Below, piece after piece: positions 10,458 through 12,463 of a stretch of DNA of 12,463 bases. Position numbers and translations under genes: made by a program. How positions within the stretch are numbered: the stretch's first letter is position 1; every line of letters starts with the position of its first letter. The notes below the pieces were generated by a model. It was given only the letters and a program-made list of their open reading frames with translations. It did no database searches and was not told the DNA's origin. This stretch comes from Paraspadella gotoi (taxonomy: Eukaryota > Animalia > Chaetognatha), in the NCBI GenBank assembly GCA_051294375.1, contig JBJCIZ010001371.1:1-12463 (forward strand), in the 5' to 3' direction.

Positions 10458-10697
10458 GAGAAAGGAGGAAAGAAAAAGGAGGGAAAAGAAATAAGGAGAA
10501 GTAAAGAGAAGTAAAGGAAGAAAGCAAAGAGGAAAACAAGGAGGCAAAAAGAAAAGAAAAATTTAGGAAAATTAATGAAATAAAAAAGAAAAAAGAAACG
10601 AAAGAAAGAAAAAAAGAAAGAAAGAAAAGAAAGAAGAAAGAAAGAAAAGAAAGAAGGAAAAGAAAGAAAGAAGAAAGAAAGAAAAAGCAAAAAGAGA
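10458..10697. repeat. Polypurine low-complexity tract with a (GAAA)n core
   Basis: Almost only A/G, with GAAA units dense at about 10600-10685. Confidence 0.9.
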
Positions 10698-10804
10698 CAA
10701 CACCAAAAAATGTTTCCATAGGCAGCTTTCGAGGCAGTTCATCACAAACAACCGCGCGCATGAGGAAGATATTGCAAAATGGATTCTTCTTCGGCGCCTT
10801 GGCG

Positions 10805-10832
10805 TCTCTCTCTCTCTTCTCTTCTCTCTTTC

Positions 10833-10869
<37 letters not shown>

Positions 10870-10878
10870 TCTCTCTCT
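10805..10878. repeat. Imperfect (CT)n microsatellite
   Basis: CT repeat with short interruptions. Confidence 0.95.
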
Positions 10879-11166
10879 GACCCTGACTCCCTTCCACGCC
10901 GAAAGCAACTCGGATCCTCCCACCGCGACCAAACATGGTACGCCCATCCGCGCCAAATGCTGGCGGTGCATGGCGGCCGGGCGGCGGCGCGCATAGCGGG
11001 CAGAGCAGTCTTAATCATTGTTGATGCCATTGTTTTGACCTCCCGGAGGGTGGTGGCGGTGGCAGGCGGGCGGCGTCGCCTGTGCATTCGGCGTCGCAGC
11101 GGACGCATCTTGCCCTATCTGCACGAAGATGGCTCCGCCCCGCTCTCAAGAATTAACATATTCCGG

Positions 11167-11421
11167 TTTTTTTTCATTTCAATTCCTTTTTTTTCTTTCT
11201 TTCTTTCTTTTAATCTTTCTATACTTTTCTTTACTTTCTTTCCTTAATTTCTTTCCCTTCTTTCTTTCTTTCTTTTTTTTCTTTCTTTCCTTCTTTTCTT
11301 ATTGTTTTTCATTGTGTTTATATATTCATTACTATTCACAATCTTCACCACCTTTCCTTGAACCATTTCTCCCTTTCCTCCTTTTCCTCCCTTTCTCTCC
11401 ACTTTCCCCACCTTCCTTCCC
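11167..11421. repeat. Polypyrimidine low-complexity tract ((CTTT)n, then TTCC-rich)
   Basis: Strongly T/C-biased, with CTTT units at about 11190-11300. Confidence 0.85.
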
Positions 11422-11887
11422 GCAACGCAGATGCCAACCCTTTCGCATCGCTATGAGGCAGTTATTGCTTCATAATCGTTCCATTGGCTTTTGCGCTTTC
11501 GAAGGTTCGGCCCCTTGTTTTACGGATTTCCTTTCGCGAGTTTCCCACCGGATGGCCGCCTGGCTTTTCATTTCTTTGTTTTTCGTTTTCTCCAATACAT
11601 TTTTTAAAATTTCTTTTCATCAACGAAATTTCCGTGGCAAATGAAAAAGGAAAACTGTTTCTTTGTTTGCGCTTTGCCAGGCTGTTCAGGGAACAAAGTT
11701 ACTTTTAACCGTTTCATAGGTTTTAATTTATTTCAATCTAAATTTTCTTTTATTTATTTTATGAAATTATATTAAAACTATTTAGGGTGTATACTGTATA
11801 CGCTTAAACCTTTTTCCGTGAGACTAAATAAAATTTAATGACAGCAGGTTTATTTTTAGCAGATTCAAGTAATATTAATTAAATAAA

Positions 11888-11986
11888 CATACACGACTTG
11901 AATTTTCAAACAAAATTTAGCACGTAATAAAACAAATAGTTTCAACACACGTAAGCTTTGCCATGCACAGCGCACGCGCTCGTTGC
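11888..11986 (+). repeat. 99-bp imperfect direct repeat, copy 1
   Basis: catacacgacttgaa...tagcacgtaa...aacaaatagt...cacacgtaagc...cgctcgttgc, collinear with 12356-12454. Confidence 0.93.
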
Positions 11987-12355
11987 CAAAAAACAAAGCC
12001 GTTGAATAACGTCTCTGCGGATATTTCCCTCAGCCATTCCTCCCACTGGCGGAAGATAATTACCATTCCAAAATTGCCAAAATCAACAAACATCTGGTAA
12101 ATATCTCTCGCTCTCTTTCATTCTCGAAATCACCTCCTCTCTCTTTTTCTCCTCTCTCGTTTCATGAAAATAAAAAAAAAGGAAAAAAGAAGACAAGAAA
12201 CGAATATTATTTCTTCCTTATGATGCCGGACTCTGATGGCTGAAAGGTGGACCGGTGAGTGATCATGCACATAATATCTTCCTCTATTGTGAGGTCACAA
12301 CCAAATCTTTCGTTCTGATGTGACCGACCTGTACACGCGCGCACATGTCACTTTG

Positions 12356-12454
12356 CATACACGACTTGAAATTTAAAAACAAAATTCTAGCACGTAAACA
12401 AATAGTTCAAACACACGTAAGCTTGCATGCCACAGGCCGCACGACGCTCGTTGC
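12356..12454 (+). repeat. 99-bp imperfect direct repeat, copy 2
   Basis: Same blocks in the same order as copy 1, offset by 468 bp. Differences are mostly 1-4 nt indels. Confidence 0.93.
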
Positions 12455-12463
12455 ATCTCTCTC

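Noticed and set aside
811-10878. Repeat-spacer (CRISPR-like) reading of SSR tracts alternating with unique blocks
   Set aside because: The repeats are variable-length dinucleotide tracts on both strands, spacer lengths range from 70 bp to over 2 kb, and there are no cas-like ORFs.
10349-11644. Hydrophobic Phe/Leu/Ser-rich ORFs resembling membrane proteins
   Set aside because: They are direct translations of (CTTT)n/(GAAA)n low-complexity tracts.

Overview
Eukaryote-like, repeat-saturated and apparently non-coding sequence. It contains a 185-N assembly gap (542-726). About a dozen long, imperfect (GA)n/(CT)n tracts, several (GAC)n tracts and polypurine/polypyrimidine runs split it into unrelated-looking blocks of a few hundred bp with very different GC content. 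I can support no protein-coding gene, rRNA, tRNA, CRISPR array or transposase. The listed ORFs are mostly microsatellite read-throughs (ERERE, SLSLS, DDD/TTT/RRR, FFF) or short chance frames. The strongest window-wide signal is technical: the microsatellite interruptions are mostly single-base insertions, and a 99-bp direct repeat differs mainly by indels. Both suggest uncorrected long-read or gap-fill sequence that may be chimeric. Local structures worth checking are a ~160-nt GC-rich fold-back (6990-7151) in a CpG island, the 99-bp direct repeat (11888-11986 / 12356-12454), a 12-bp minisatellite (4261-4343) and two G-quadruplex motifs. I found no convincing novel biological system.
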